In this document: piece after piece, positions 1 through 9,138 of the stretch | Layout of the letters: each line of letters opens with the position of its first letter | Position numbering within the stretch: the first letter of the stretch is position 1 | NCBI GenBank assembly: GCA_964532905.1 | Contig: CAZHJM010000001.1 | Span: 121,593-185,592, forward strand | Direction: 5' to 3' | Source of the DNA: an uncultured Holosporaceae bacterium | GTDB lineage: Bacteria; Pseudomonadota; Alphaproteobacteria; UBA3830 | DNA: 64,000 bases | The notes under the pieces: generated by a model | What the model was told of the DNA's origin: nothing | Databases searched by the model: none | What the model saw: the letters and a program-made list of their open reading frames with translations, nothing else | Program-made: the position numbers and the translations under genes

Positions 1-106
1 AGGTAATTTTTCTTCATATGAAGAAGATAAACGTAAAAGATTGGGAATTACAGAAATAATTCCTCACCGTATTAAATATAAAAAATTAATACATTAAGGA
101 GAATAA

Positions 107-1117
107 ATGAATATTTATAATAATATAATAGATATTTCTGAGCAATATGATACGTTATTCGTTGATGTTTATGGTGTTCTATTTAATGGAATAAATTTAT
201 ATGAAGGAGTTGTAGAAACATTACTTGAATTAAAGAAATCAGGCAAAAAAATTGTTATTCTTTCTAACACCACCCAATTATCATCAGAAGCTATTATAGG
301 ATATTCCGAAAGAGGAATATTTGAAGGAATCCATTATGACTATTTTATAACATCTGGGGAGTTTTTACATAACACTTTACTCTCAAATAAAGTATATTTT
401 GAAAATATATTAGGACATAAACTTCTAACAGTAAAATGTTTGTTCATGGGAAATCCTAGTGTTTTTAGTAATGTTGGTTTAGTAAAAACAGATGATTGTA
501 CACAGGCTGATTTGATATATGTAGCAACTCCACGTGCGAGTTATGGTTCTGTTAGAGTAGATTGTCTCCGAGATGAGAATAATAATGCTGTTCCAATTTC
601 TGAATATATTGACTTCGACTGGTCCAAATTATCAGATGATAAAGGTAGAAGAGGTCTAACGGAATTTCATTTGTGTTTGTCAGAATTATCATCTTTAGGT
701 AGTACATTGTTGATAGCTAATCCTGATATTTTTGCAATGAGTGGTATAGATGGAGGTAGATATCCTATTATTACTCAAGGAAGTATTGGATTATATTATG
801 AGAAAAAATTTGGTGGTAAAGTTATCCGTTTTGGGAAACCTTATGCAGAAATTTTTGAATTTGCTAAAGAAACTACAAATTCTAATTCCGATAAAATTTT
901 AATGATAGGGGATACATTATGGACAGATATTCTTGGTGCTCATAACGCTGGAATAGATTCCGCTCTGGTTATGACTGGAGTTACATCACGAGTAATTCCA
1001 AGTATGACAGAAGAAAATAATGAAGAAGAATTAAAGAAATTGTGTTTAATTGGTCATAAAATGACGGGTAAAACAAACAAGTTTCCAACATATTTGCTAA
1101 GACATTTTTATAAATAA
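107..1117 (+). CDS. HAD-superfamily hydrolase, subfamily IIA
   Basis: 336-aa ORF. It has an N-terminal FVDVYGVLF nucleophile-loop motif, ILSNTT motif II, and the C-terminal GDTLWTDILGAHNAGIDSALVMTGV motif typical of HAD-IIA proteins. Confidence 0.7.
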   Translation: MNIYNNIIDISEQYDTLFVDVYGVLFNGINLYEGVVETLLELKKSGKKIVILSNTTQLSSEAIIGYSERGIFEGIHYDYFITSGEFLHNTLLSNKVYFENILGHKLLTVKCLFMGNPSVFSNVGLVKTDDCTQADLIYVATPRASYGSVRVDCLRDENNNAVPISEYIDFDWSKLSDDKGRRGLTEFHLCLSELSSLGSTLLIANPDIFAMSGIDGGRYPIITQGSIGLYYEKKFGGKVIRFGKPYAEIFEFAKETTNSNSDKILMIGDTLWTDILGAHNAGIDSALVMTGVTSRVIPSMTEENNEEELKKLCLIGHKMTGKTNKFPTYLLRHFYK

Positions 1118-1128
1118 AGTTTAATATT

Positions 1129-1554
1129 ATGGCATTTAAATTATTAGATACATTTAAAAAGAAAAGTTTGATTGCTGAGTTAGAATTATGTTCTGTAGTT
1201 ATGGAAAATAAAGAATTTCCATGGATTTTATTAATTCCTCGTGTAGAAAATGTTGTTCAAATTAATCAATTATCTATAGAACAACAAATACAATTAATGA
1301 AAGAAATTAATTTATGTTCTAATATTATGGAAGAATTATTTGACTGTGATAGATTAAATGTTGCTGCGATAGGAAATAAAACACCGCAATTACATATTCA
1401 TATTGTCTGTAGAACTATTAATGATTCTTTGTGGCCTGAAACAATTTGGGGTAGACAAATGAAAAAATTAACTGATAATGAAAATGACCAAAGAGCTCAA
1501 AAATTGAAATATGCTTTTGAATTAAACAGAACTACGAATAAAATATGGTTCTAA
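1129..1554 (+). CDS. HIT (histidine triad) family protein
   Basis: 141-aa ORF with the histidine-triad motif QLHIHIVCR (HxHxHxx). Confidence 0.7.
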   Translation: MAFKLLDTFKKKSLIAELELCSVVMENKEFPWILLIPRVENVVQINQLSIEQQIQLMKEINLCSNIMEELFDCDRLNVAAIGNKTPQLHIHIVCRTINDSLWPETIWGRQMKKLTDNENDQRAQKLKYAFELNRTTNKIWF

Positions 1555-1664
1555 ATTGCTTTAATTTGTGTTCTTAAATTTTTTCATCAATTGCTACTAC
1601 TTTTTATTCAATTTCTTATTCCAAAGATTGGATTTTAAAAAATTATGCTTTAAGAAAAAATGAT

Positions 1665-1994
1665 ATGCCTTTAGTTGAACAGAGTATTGAGTTATATATA
1701 AGAGGAAATAGAATTTATATATTTATAGATGAAAATCCAATAGAAAAATACACTTACGGTGCAATATATGGTAACGTTTGGCAATTTGATGTGTTTACTC
1801 ATTTTACAAATTTTCTATTAAAAGATAAAAAAATGTTCAATGCAAAAAATATATTAATACCGTTAAAAGAGTTTGAAAAAGCAAATGATCATTGTGTTAT
1901 TATGTGTCCATCTTTTACTAATAACAAGAATAAGCTTTATTTAATAAAAAATAGGTTCATTCTTATAGGAAGTGCTATTTATAAACACGAATAA
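1665..1994 (+). CDS. hypothetical protein
   Basis: 109-aa ORF in an otherwise empty interval. No recognisable motif. Confidence 0.3.
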   Translation: MPLVEQSIELYIRGNRIYIFIDENPIEKYTYGAIYGNVWQFDVFTHFTNFLLKDKKMFNAKNILIPLKEFEKANDHCVIMCPSFTNNKNKLYLIKNRFILIGSAIYKHE

Positions 1995-1999
1995 AAATA

Positions 2000-2310
2000 G
2001 ATTCTCAACACTCACTCCATTCGCTTAGAATGACGACAATGACGTGAAAAAAAGTGTACTCAGAATGACGATGAGACGTTGTAAGGACTCATGCCACTTA
2101 TAATTACAGGAAAATTGTAGCCCATGGCGCTACCATTGTCTAGTGTCACTGTAATGATTCTTTCTCTTTTTCGTCATTGCGAGGAGCGAAGTGACGTGGC
2201 AATCTATGATGATTTCAGAGCAATTTCAGAAAAGATAAGAGAAAGAATAATATATTCTCAACACTCACTCCGTTCGCTTAGAATGACGACAATGGTTAGA
2301 ATGAAGTAAG
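2000..2310. repeat. dispersed modular repeat cluster 1 (R-S-T-Q-R modules)
   Basis: A 42-bp direct repeat, gattctcaacactcactcc[a/g]ttcgcttagaatgacgacaatg, occurs at 2000-2044 and 2253-2295. It flanks cgtcattgcgaggagcgaagtgacgtggcaatctat (2172-2207). The same modules recur in 11 other intergenic sites. Confidence 0.85.
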
Positions 2311-2457
2311 GGGTGAATTGATAATTGTTTAGGATGATTATATTATTTAATAAATCAAGGTAAAAGTTTTTAAAAACAATAAAAAAATCGGTTAAAAGCA
2401 GGAATTTATGATAATTCGATGAAATAATATCAAAAAAATCTATAAATCGATTCTTTC

Positions 2458-3807
2458 CTATTGCAAAATTTTTGTTAATAATCGTATATCTTCTTCTAAA
2501 CTTGCATCATCTCGCATAGTTTCTGTTATTTTTCTAACAGCATGTAGTACTGTTGTATGATCTTTTCCTCCAAAATTTTTGCCTATCTCTGGTAAAGACA
2601 TAGTGGTAAGTTTTTTGGCTAAGTACATGGCAACTTGCCGTGGTAAAGCTATTTGTCGAGAGCGTTTTGATGAAAACATATCACTAAATTTTATTGAATA
2701 ATGAGCAGCTACTTTCTTTTGAATCTCTTCAATTGTTACACGTCTTTCACTTGAACGTAACAGATCTGATAATACCTCTCTGGCACTGTCGATAGTAACT
2801 TCTCTGCCAATAAATACCGCATTTGCAATAATCCGGTTTAATGCTCCTTCTAGTTCTCTTATATTAGATGTAACCTTATGTGCAATAAATTCTAAAACTT
2901 TATCTGGAATAATAACGGAGGTATTTGCAGCTTTTGATTGTAAAATTCCCAATCTTAATTCATATGTAGTCGGATGAATATCTGCAACTAGTCCCCAGCC
3001 TAGACGAGATTTCAATCGCTCTTCCATTCCATCTAAATCTGATGGTGATTTATCTGCGGATACTATTACTTGTCTATTATTATCTACTAATGCATTGAAA
3101 GTATGAAAAAATTCTTCTTGTGTAGAGTCTTTCCCACATATAAATTGAATATCATCTATCATTAAGACGTCAACAGATCTAAATTGCTCTTTAAAAGCCA
3201 TAGTATCTTTATATCTTACAGAACGAATAAATTGATACATAAATTTTTCTGCAGACATATAAGCAATTGTTCTTTTTGGATTTTTTGCTTTGATACTCCA
3301 AGCTATAGCATGCATCAGGTGTGTTTTACCTAAACCAACACCCCCATATAAAAATAAAGGATTAAAAACAACGTCATCAGATTCTGCAACTCTTAAGGCT
3401 GCGGCGTAAGCTAGTTCATTAGGTTTTCCAACAACAAATTTATCGAATGTTAAATTAGGATCTAGAGGTATACCAAATGTATCATCATCTGAAGTCGTAG
3501 TTTCTTCATTTATTGAATTAGTCTGTATATTAGATGGTTTGTTTGATTCTAACACCTTTAATTCTACAGATTTTACTTGCGGATATTTTTCAACGCATAT
3601 CTGTATAATTTGTGTGAGATAGTTATTTGTCACCCAATCTTTAAAAAAAACACTCGGAGCTATTAAATACAACGTATTTTCTTCTAACTTTTCGGGGTGC
3701 AACGGAGAAATTAAATTATTAATTACAGCATCCCCAAAAATATTACGAAGATCTTCACAAACTGAACTCCAAATATCATCTAATATCCGATGATCTACGT
3801 TTGCCAT
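2458..3807 (-). CDS. dnaA: chromosomal replication initiator DnaA
   Basis: 449 aa. Walker A GGVGLGKTHLMHAIA, the box VII/sensor region, and the C-terminal DNA-binding helix (GGKDHTTVLHAVRKI). Confidence 0.97.
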   Translation of the reverse strand: MANVDHRILDDIWSSVCEDLRNIFGDAVINNLISPLHPEKLEENTLYLIAPSVFFKDWVTNNYLTQIIQICVEKYPQVKSVELKVLESNKPSNIQTNSINEETTTSDDDTFGIPLDPNLTFDKFVVGKPNELAYAAALRVAESDDVVFNPLFLYGGVGLGKTHLMHAIAWSIKAKNPKRTIAYMSAEKFMYQFIRSVRYKDTMAFKEQFRSVDVLMIDDIQFICGKDSTQEEFFHTFNALVDNNRQVIVSADKSPSDLDGMEERLKSRLGWGLVADIHPTTYELRLGILQSKAANTSVIIPDKVLEFIAHKVTSNIRELEGALNRIIANAVFIGREVTIDSAREVLSDLLRSSERRVTIEEIQKKVAAHYSIKFSDMFSSKRSRQIALPRQVAMYLAKKLTTMSLPEIGKNFGGKDHTTVLHAVRKITETMRDDASLEEDIRLLTKILQ

Positions 3808-3810
3808 AAT

Positions 3811-4071
3811 CTATTTTGTTGTTGAAGCTTTCAATAACTTATTTAATCTAGAAATTTTCCTGCTAGCCGTATTTTTATTTAGTACTCCTCTAGAAACTCC
3901 TTTACTTAATTCTGATTGTGCAGCGATAAAATTCGTTTCAGCCTCTTTACTGCCAATAGAGGCAACAAATTTTTTAATAAAAGTTCTTATACGACTAATT
4001 CTGTCTTTATTTCTAATAGTTCTAACTTTTGTTTGCCTTATTCTTTTCAAAGCAGATTTATGATCAGCCAT
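3811..4071 (-). CDS. rpsT: 30S ribosomal protein S20
   Basis: 86 aa and basic. MADHKSALKRIRQTKVRTIRNK is a typical S20 N-terminus. It lies immediately upstream of dnaA, as in many alphaproteobacteria. Confidence 0.92.
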   Translation of the reverse strand: MADHKSALKRIRQTKVRTIRNKDRISRIRTFIKKFVASIGSKEAETNFIAAQSELSKGVSRGVLNKNTASRKISRLNKLLKASTTK

Positions 4072-4112
4072 TTTACTCCTATAATTTAATTTAATAATGC
4101 CAAAAAGATATA

Positions 4113-4817
4113 CTAACCTCTAATATAAAAATTATCAAAACATTTTGATATATTCTCTATTAAAAGTTTATCAGAAAATATCGGATGTTCAATAATATTT
4201 TCATTTTTATCTCTACATTTTTGTAAAGCCACGGTTTTAACACCCATGGAAGCGAGTTCTTTTAAGGTTTTTACAATAGATTCCTGCGGAATACTTTCGT
4301 GTAATGTCATTCTAACTTCAAATTGTACACCAGAAGCTATTACCATTTTTAAGCTTTCTAATGCTAATTCACCACTACCTTCAATATTTGTAATAAGTGC
4401 ATAATCTTTAAATTCATGCTTAATATCAAAACCTATCCAATCTAAAAGCGGTAAAATTTTTGCTAATTTATCAGGATAAGCTCCAGCTGTATGTATGCCA
4501 ATTTTATATCCAATATTTTTAACATCATTAATAGCTGAGAACAATGCATTTCCCTGAACTAATGGTTCTCCACCACTAAATACTACAGCTTCCACAAAAT
4601 TTTTTCTTGTATTCAGTAATCTTAAAACATCTTCCCAAGGTAATGATTCTGTAGGAGCCATTGTTTGCAAATGCGGATTATGACAATATATACATCGCCA
4701 AGGACAACCTTGAAGAAATATTACACTTGCAATATACCCTGGATAATCAACTGTTGTAAGTGAAACTATTCCTCCAATTAAAAGTTGATCAGTCATTCGA
4801 CTAATTACAACCTCCAC
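4113..4817 (-). CDS. nrdG: anaerobic ribonucleoside-triphosphate reductase activating protein (radical SAM)
   Basis: 234 aa. It has the CPWRCIYCHN (CxxxCxxC) radical-SAM cluster motif and GGEP, and sits downstream of nrdD. Confidence 0.88.
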   Translation of the reverse strand: MEVVISRMTDQLLIGGIVSLTTVDYPGYIASVIFLQGCPWRCIYCHNPHLQTMAPTESLPWEDVLRLLNTRKNFVEAVVFSGGEPLVQGNALFSAINDVKNIGYKIGIHTAGAYPDKLAKILPLLDWIGFDIKHEFKDYALITNIEGSGELALESLKMVIASGVQFEVRMTLHESIPQESIVKTLKELASMGVKTVALQKCRDKNENIIEHPIFSDKLLIENISKCFDNFYIRG

Positions 4818-4986
4818 AACAAGTTACACTTTCACTGAAATGTAATCTTTCCTCGTGTTCACCTTGTTTTCCGACATTAAAGAAAGAAGTAGGGCGATAA
4901 TAACCCATAACTCTTGTCCAGACTTCGCATTTTTGTCTTTCTTCTTCTTTAAGTTCAACTCCATCAATAGTAATATTTTGATTCAT
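4801..4986 (-). CDS. stand-alone glycyl-radical segment of class III RNR (NrdD C-terminal loop homolog)
   Basis: 61 aa. TRVMGYYRPTSFFNVGKQGEHEERLHF matches the NrdD glycyl-radical motif (RVxGY...N.GK..E...R). It has its own GAGGT Shine-Dalgarno sequence upstream of the ATG and overlaps the nrdG start by 17 nt. Confidence 0.7.
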   Translation of the reverse strand: MNQNITIDGVELKEEERQKCEVWTRVMGYYRPTSFFNVGKQGEHEERLHFSESVTCCGGCN

Positions 4987-5043
4987 ACTTACCTCTATTA
5001 TTATACATTCAGTCTAATCCATCTTAACTAAAAATCAAGAGAC

Positions 5044-7071
5044 TTATTTCATTTTAGCCTTCTTTTTTGCTGCAATTTCCATATCACATTTAGGACAGAA
5101 TTTTTGTTCTCCTGCTAAATATCCATGAACAGGACAAATTGAAAATGTTGGAGTAATCGAAAAATACGGTAATTTGAAATTTTCAACAACTTTTTTCACT
5201 AATTTTTTACATACTTCTGCACTTGAAATTTTTTCATTCATATACAAATGGAATACTGTCCCCCCTGTATATTTTCTTTGCAAATCATCCTGTAATTTTA
5301 GTGCTTCAAAAGCATCTTCACTAAAACCTACAGGCAATTGACTAGAGTTTGTATAATAAGGTTTTTGTGCTGTACCTGCATGTAAAATGCCAGGATATCT
5401 TTTAATATCTTCTTTTGCAAATCTATAAGTTGCCCCTTCTCCTGGAGTTGCTTCAAGATTATACATATTTCCCGTTTCACCTTGAAATTCAATTAATTTT
5501 TCACGAGCCTTATCTAAAATTCTCAGAGCCATATTTTGTCCATACTCTGTTGTAATATCATGTTGGTCATTGGTAAAATTCCGTATCATTTCATTTATTC
5601 CATTTACTCCTATTGTTGAGAAATGATTCTTTAGACGACCTAAATATCTTTTCGTAAATGGATATAATCCATTATCCATATACATTTGTATAACTTTTCG
5701 TTTTATTTCTAAGCTTTTTTTAGCATATTCCATTAATTCATATAAACGGGCTACTAAAGCATCCTCATTCCCTTTAAATAAATATCCTAAACGAGCACAA
5801 TTTATAGTTACAACCCCTATAGAACCCGTTTGTTCTGCCGAACCAAATAAACTATTCCCTCGTTTCAATAATTCTCTTAAATCTAACTGTAATCTACAAC
5901 ACATTGAACGAATTGATGCGGGATCTAAATCAGAATTTACGTAGTTTTGGAAATAAGGTAATCCATATTTAGCAGTCATCCCAAATAATAAGTTTGCATT
6001 TTCACTATCCCAAGGAAAACTTTTGGTAATATTATATGTTGGAATTGGAAATGTAAAAATACGTCCCTTACTATCTCCAGCTGACATAACCTCCATAAAA
6101 GCCTTATTTATCATGTCCATTTCTTTTTGGAGATCTCCATAAGAAAAATCTACTTCTTTTCCTCCAACTAAAGGAATTTTATCTTTTAAATCATCTGGAC
6201 AAACCCAATCAAAAGTTAAATTAGTAAATGGTGTTTGAGTTCCCCAACGTGAAGGTACATTAAGGTTATATATCATTTCTTGGATATTTTGTTTTACTTC
6301 TTTATAAGGCAAATTATCTATCTTAACAAAAGGTGCTAAATATGTATCGAATGAACTGAATGCTTGAGCTCCTGCCCATTCATTTTGTAATGTTCCAAGA
6401 AAGTTAACAATTTGCCCAACAGCACTACTTAAATGTTTAGGCGGACATGATTCAGCTTTACCTGGAACACCATTAAATCCTTCATTAAGGAGAGTACGTA
6501 ACGACCAACCGGCACAATATCCACTAAGCATATCCAAATCATGGATATGCATATCTCCATTACGATGAGCCATAGATATATATTCTGGATAAACTTTGTT
6601 TAGCCAATAATTAGCAATTACTTTACCTGAAATATTTAATATCATTCCACCAAGAGAATAACCTTGGTTAGCATTCGCATTAACTCTCCAATCAAGTTTA
6701 TCTAAATATTCATTTACAGCCATAACTACATCAATCATATTTTTTTTATCTTTTCGTAGTTCTCCCCGTTTTGATCTATATAGGATATATGCTCTAGCTG
6801 TTTTGAAATAATTTTCATTAATTAATACTTGTTCTACAATATCTTGAATTTTTTCTATATCTGGGATTTCTTGTTCAGAACGATGTTGTAAAACTTTTAC
6901 AACATTAAATGCTAAATGGCGAGCTTCTTTTTCATCAAATTCACCTGTTTCTATACCGGCAGCTTTGATAGCATTTACGATTTTCTCTTCATTAAATTTG
7001 ACCTTAGCACCGTTCCTTTTCAGAACAAAATTTAACTCATTTTTTGATAAATTATCTAATCCTGTAGTCAT
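5044..7071 (-). CDS. nrdD: anaerobic ribonucleoside-triphosphate reductase large protein (class III), lacking the glycyl-radical loop
   Basis: 675 aa with an ATP-cone-like N-terminus. The active-site region is SMCCRLQLDLRELLKRGNSLFGSAEQTGSIGVVTINCARLGY. The C-terminal Zn-site is CPVH...CPKC, followed directly by a stop. Confidence 0.92.
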   Translation of the reverse strand: MTTGLDNLSKNELNFVLKRNGAKVKFNEEKIVNAIKAAGIETGEFDEKEARHLAFNVVKVLQHRSEQEIPDIEKIQDIVEQVLINENYFKTARAYILYRSKRGELRKDKKNMIDVVMAVNEYLDKLDWRVNANANQGYSLGGMILNISGKVIANYWLNKVYPEYISMAHRNGDMHIHDLDMLSGYCAGWSLRTLLNEGFNGVPGKAESCPPKHLSSAVGQIVNFLGTLQNEWAGAQAFSSFDTYLAPFVKIDNLPYKEVKQNIQEMIYNLNVPSRWGTQTPFTNLTFDWVCPDDLKDKIPLVGGKEVDFSYGDLQKEMDMINKAFMEVMSAGDSKGRIFTFPIPTYNITKSFPWDSENANLLFGMTAKYGLPYFQNYVNSDLDPASIRSMCCRLQLDLRELLKRGNSLFGSAEQTGSIGVVTINCARLGYLFKGNEDALVARLYELMEYAKKSLEIKRKVIQMYMDNGLYPFTKRYLGRLKNHFSTIGVNGINEMIRNFTNDQHDITTEYGQNMALRILDKAREKLIEFQGETGNMYNLEATPGEGATYRFAKEDIKRYPGILHAGTAQKPYYTNSSQLPVGFSEDAFEALKLQDDLQRKYTGGTVFHLYMNEKISSAEVCKKLVKKVVENFKLPYFSITPTFSICPVHGYLAGEQKFCPKCDMEIAAKKKAKMK

Positions 7072-7482
7072 TATTGTTCTCCCAAATTTATATGATTTAT
7101 CTTTTATCAGGTATAATAATAGTTCAAAAAAAACTCAATATCATTTTATAAAATATAATTAATAATTTTACTTGACATATTGTTTTTAAAGGAAAATTTT
7201 TAAAATCCAAATTAAATAATTTAAATGAACTGATCTTCTGTCATTATTCTGAATATTATCTCTTATTATGAATTTTTTATTTGGAATGAATAAATATGCT
7301 TCGTTTTTGCTATTTTATTGCAATAATAAACTCTTTATATGAAGTAACTTAGGGTTTTTCATTTATTATTATGATATCCCTGTAACACCAAAAAATTTAA
7401 TGATTTTTTAAATTTGTATCTGACTGTTAAATAATCACTACAGAAAATTTTCTCATTCACTATTATTAAAGAAATTTTTCTT

Positions 7483-7687
7483 TTTCGCCATTGCAAGGTG
7501 TGGAGCAACGTGGCAATCTATTATATCTGTATTTGTGGGTGTCTATAGAAAAATGTTGAGTATTTAGTGAATTCTCACGCTCGCTGCACTCGCTCAGAAT
7601 GACGATAGAAGGAGTGTTTTCACTTAGAACACAGAGCCAACACTCCTTTTTCAATTCTCGTCATTACATGTAACCCTCAGAATAATG
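7483..7687. repeat. dispersed modular repeat cluster 2 (Q-R modules, + orientation)
   Basis: Contains cgccattgcaaggtgtggagcaacgtggcaatctat followed by gaattctcacgctcgctgcactcgctcagaatgacg. Confidence 0.8.
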
Positions 7688-7816
7688 ATATAAAATGAAA
7701 TTTTATTCAAAATAATAAAAAGCAGAGAAAATATCATAAATATGATAGACTAAGAATTCATTATTACTATGCATCTTGAAAAAAAGAAGATATTTTTGTA
7801 TATTTTTAATAGAATT

Positions 7817-7893
7817 GCGTCCTTAGCTCAGTTGGATAGAGCGTCGGCCTTCTAAGCCGCAGGTCGTGGGTTCGAATCCTACAGGGCGCACCA
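7817..7893 (+). tRNA. tRNA-Arg (anticodon TCT)
   Basis: Cloverleaf by hand. Acceptor gcgtcct/agggcgc, D-arm gctc..gagc, anticodon loop cTTCTaa, T-arm gtggg-ttcgaat-cctac, and an encoded CCA. Confidence 0.9.
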
Positions 7894-7991
7894 TATTTAA
7901 ATTTTACAGAATCCGATCCTAAAAAAATATAATTTTACTTTTTTATATTTTAATTATGATGGTAAGACTTTTATAAATCACTTATCAATTA

Positions 7992-8067
7992 TGGTGCCGG
8001 ACGACGGACTCGAACCATCGACCTACTGATTACAAATCAGTTGCTCTACCAACTGAGCTAGTCCGGC
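7992..8067 (-). tRNA. tRNA-Thr (anticodon TGT)
   Basis: The reverse complement folds as acceptor gccggac/gtccggc, anticodon stem actga/tcagt with loop ttTGTaa, and T-arm gatgg-ttcgagt-ccgtc. CCA is encoded. Confidence 0.9.
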
Positions 8068-8228
8068 AATGGTTAGAAGATAACAAAATTCAATATTTAT
8101 GTCTAGTATTTTATGACATCGAAAAATAACTGAAAAAAAATATAAATTCCTTCCAAATATTAAGAAAATAGTAATAAAAATATTGTTTACTATAGAAAGT
8201 AGATTATATATTTAGTCGGAGAGAACGA

Positions 8229-8426
8229 ATGTTGAAGCAATTAAGAAAGATATTAAAAAATTCTAAAGGGGCGACGGCTATAGAATACGCGCTTATTGCA
8301 AGTTTAATCGCTGTTGTAGCAATTACTGGAATGAAATCTATAGGAAGTAAGGTCAAAGATCAACTTAATAATATAGCAAATGCTATAAACGATCCATTAA
8401 ATGCAGGTAATGCAGTTAATAATTAA
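8229..8426 (+). CDS. flp: Flp family type IVb pilin
   Basis: 65 aa. It has the KGATAIEYALIASLIAVVAI Flp motif (G/xxxxEY prepilin-peptidase site plus hydrophobic helix) and a GGAG Shine-Dalgarno sequence upstream. Confidence 0.85.
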   Translation: MLKQLRKILKNSKGATAIEYALIASLIAVVAITGMKSIGSKVKDQLNNIANAINDPLNAGNAVNN

Positions 8427-8433
8427 TTTTTTG

Positions 8434-8460
8434 GGGCGAATTTTTCGCCCATTAGCCTTT
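8434..8460 (+). terminator. putative rho-independent terminator after flp
   Basis: Hairpin gggcgaa-ttt-ttcgccc lies 8 nt after the stop. The T-run is weak and interrupted. Confidence 0.45.
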
Positions 8461-8744
8461 TTAGTTGTTAATATTTTTGTTGTTTTAATATAATTTTATG
8501 AATTAATTTAAACTTTTCATTAGTTCTAAGCAATTATAAAGATATTGTTACTATGTTCTAAGTTAAATAGACAAATATAGAAACAGTCAAATGTTATCTA
8601 GAAATAGATATTATTATTTTATTAAAACAGATAAATAAAGTATTCATCTATTCTAATAGTTAATATTTTTTCTATTATCGTTACACAAATATTTCATTTA
8701 TTGCTTGGTAAACATGCATTGTATCATCGAAAAAAGCTTTCCCA

Positions 8745-9135
8745 TTTTTCGTCATCATGCTTCCCTATCCTAGCGTCATTGTACGAAGCTATACAGGTTT
8801 CGTCTCTTCTACTTTGTCATTAAGAGGAGCATCCCTCCTTTTTAGCGTAATTGTGATGATTCTTTCTCTTTTTCGTCATTGCGTCATTCTGAACGAACGT
8901 AGTGGATGTGAGAATCTCCTGACGTACTTTCATTATACTACACTCTGCATCATATTATAGATTGCATGTCACTTCGTTCCTCGCAATGACGACAAGCGGA
9001 AGAAGTAAACCTATATGGTTCCTCGCAATGATACTAGACACGACATATAATAAATACCAGATATCTTGCGTAACATTTTAAAATCTCTAATTATCAGAAT
9101 CTGAAAAACCAGGGATTTTACTTTCGCAAGAACTC
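8745..9135. repeat. dispersed modular repeat cluster 3 (P-T-R-Q-D modules, minus orientation)
   Basis: Contains agcgtcattgtacgaagctatacagg, tgatgattctttctctttttcgtcattgcg, cgtcattctgaacgaacgtagtggatgtgagaatc and attgcatgtcacttcgttcctcgcaatgacg. It also holds a 76-bp TIR-bounded mini-element at 9060-9135. Confidence 0.85.
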
Positions 9136-9138
9136 TTT

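Noticed and set aside
2124-2309. 61-aa ORF
   Set aside because: It is composed of repeat modules T, Q and R (peptide SLFRHCEERSDVAI). The same DNA recurs in non-coding contexts and in both orientations. The same reasoning rejects the ORFs at 7466-7654, 8757-8960 and 59058-59348.
2311-2457. Possible oriC next to dnaA (also 7072-7480)
   Set aside because: I could not find clustered DnaA boxes or an obvious AT-rich unwinding repeat pattern beyond the general AT-richness. dnaA is embedded in a co-directional nrdD-nrdG-rpsT-dnaA string. An origin call would need GC-skew and box searches.
7072-7300. NrdR or FNR operator upstream of nrdD
   Set aside because: No convincing 16-bp NrdR-box palindrome (acaCwAtATaTwGtgt-like) or TTGAT-N4-ATCAA site is visible by eye.
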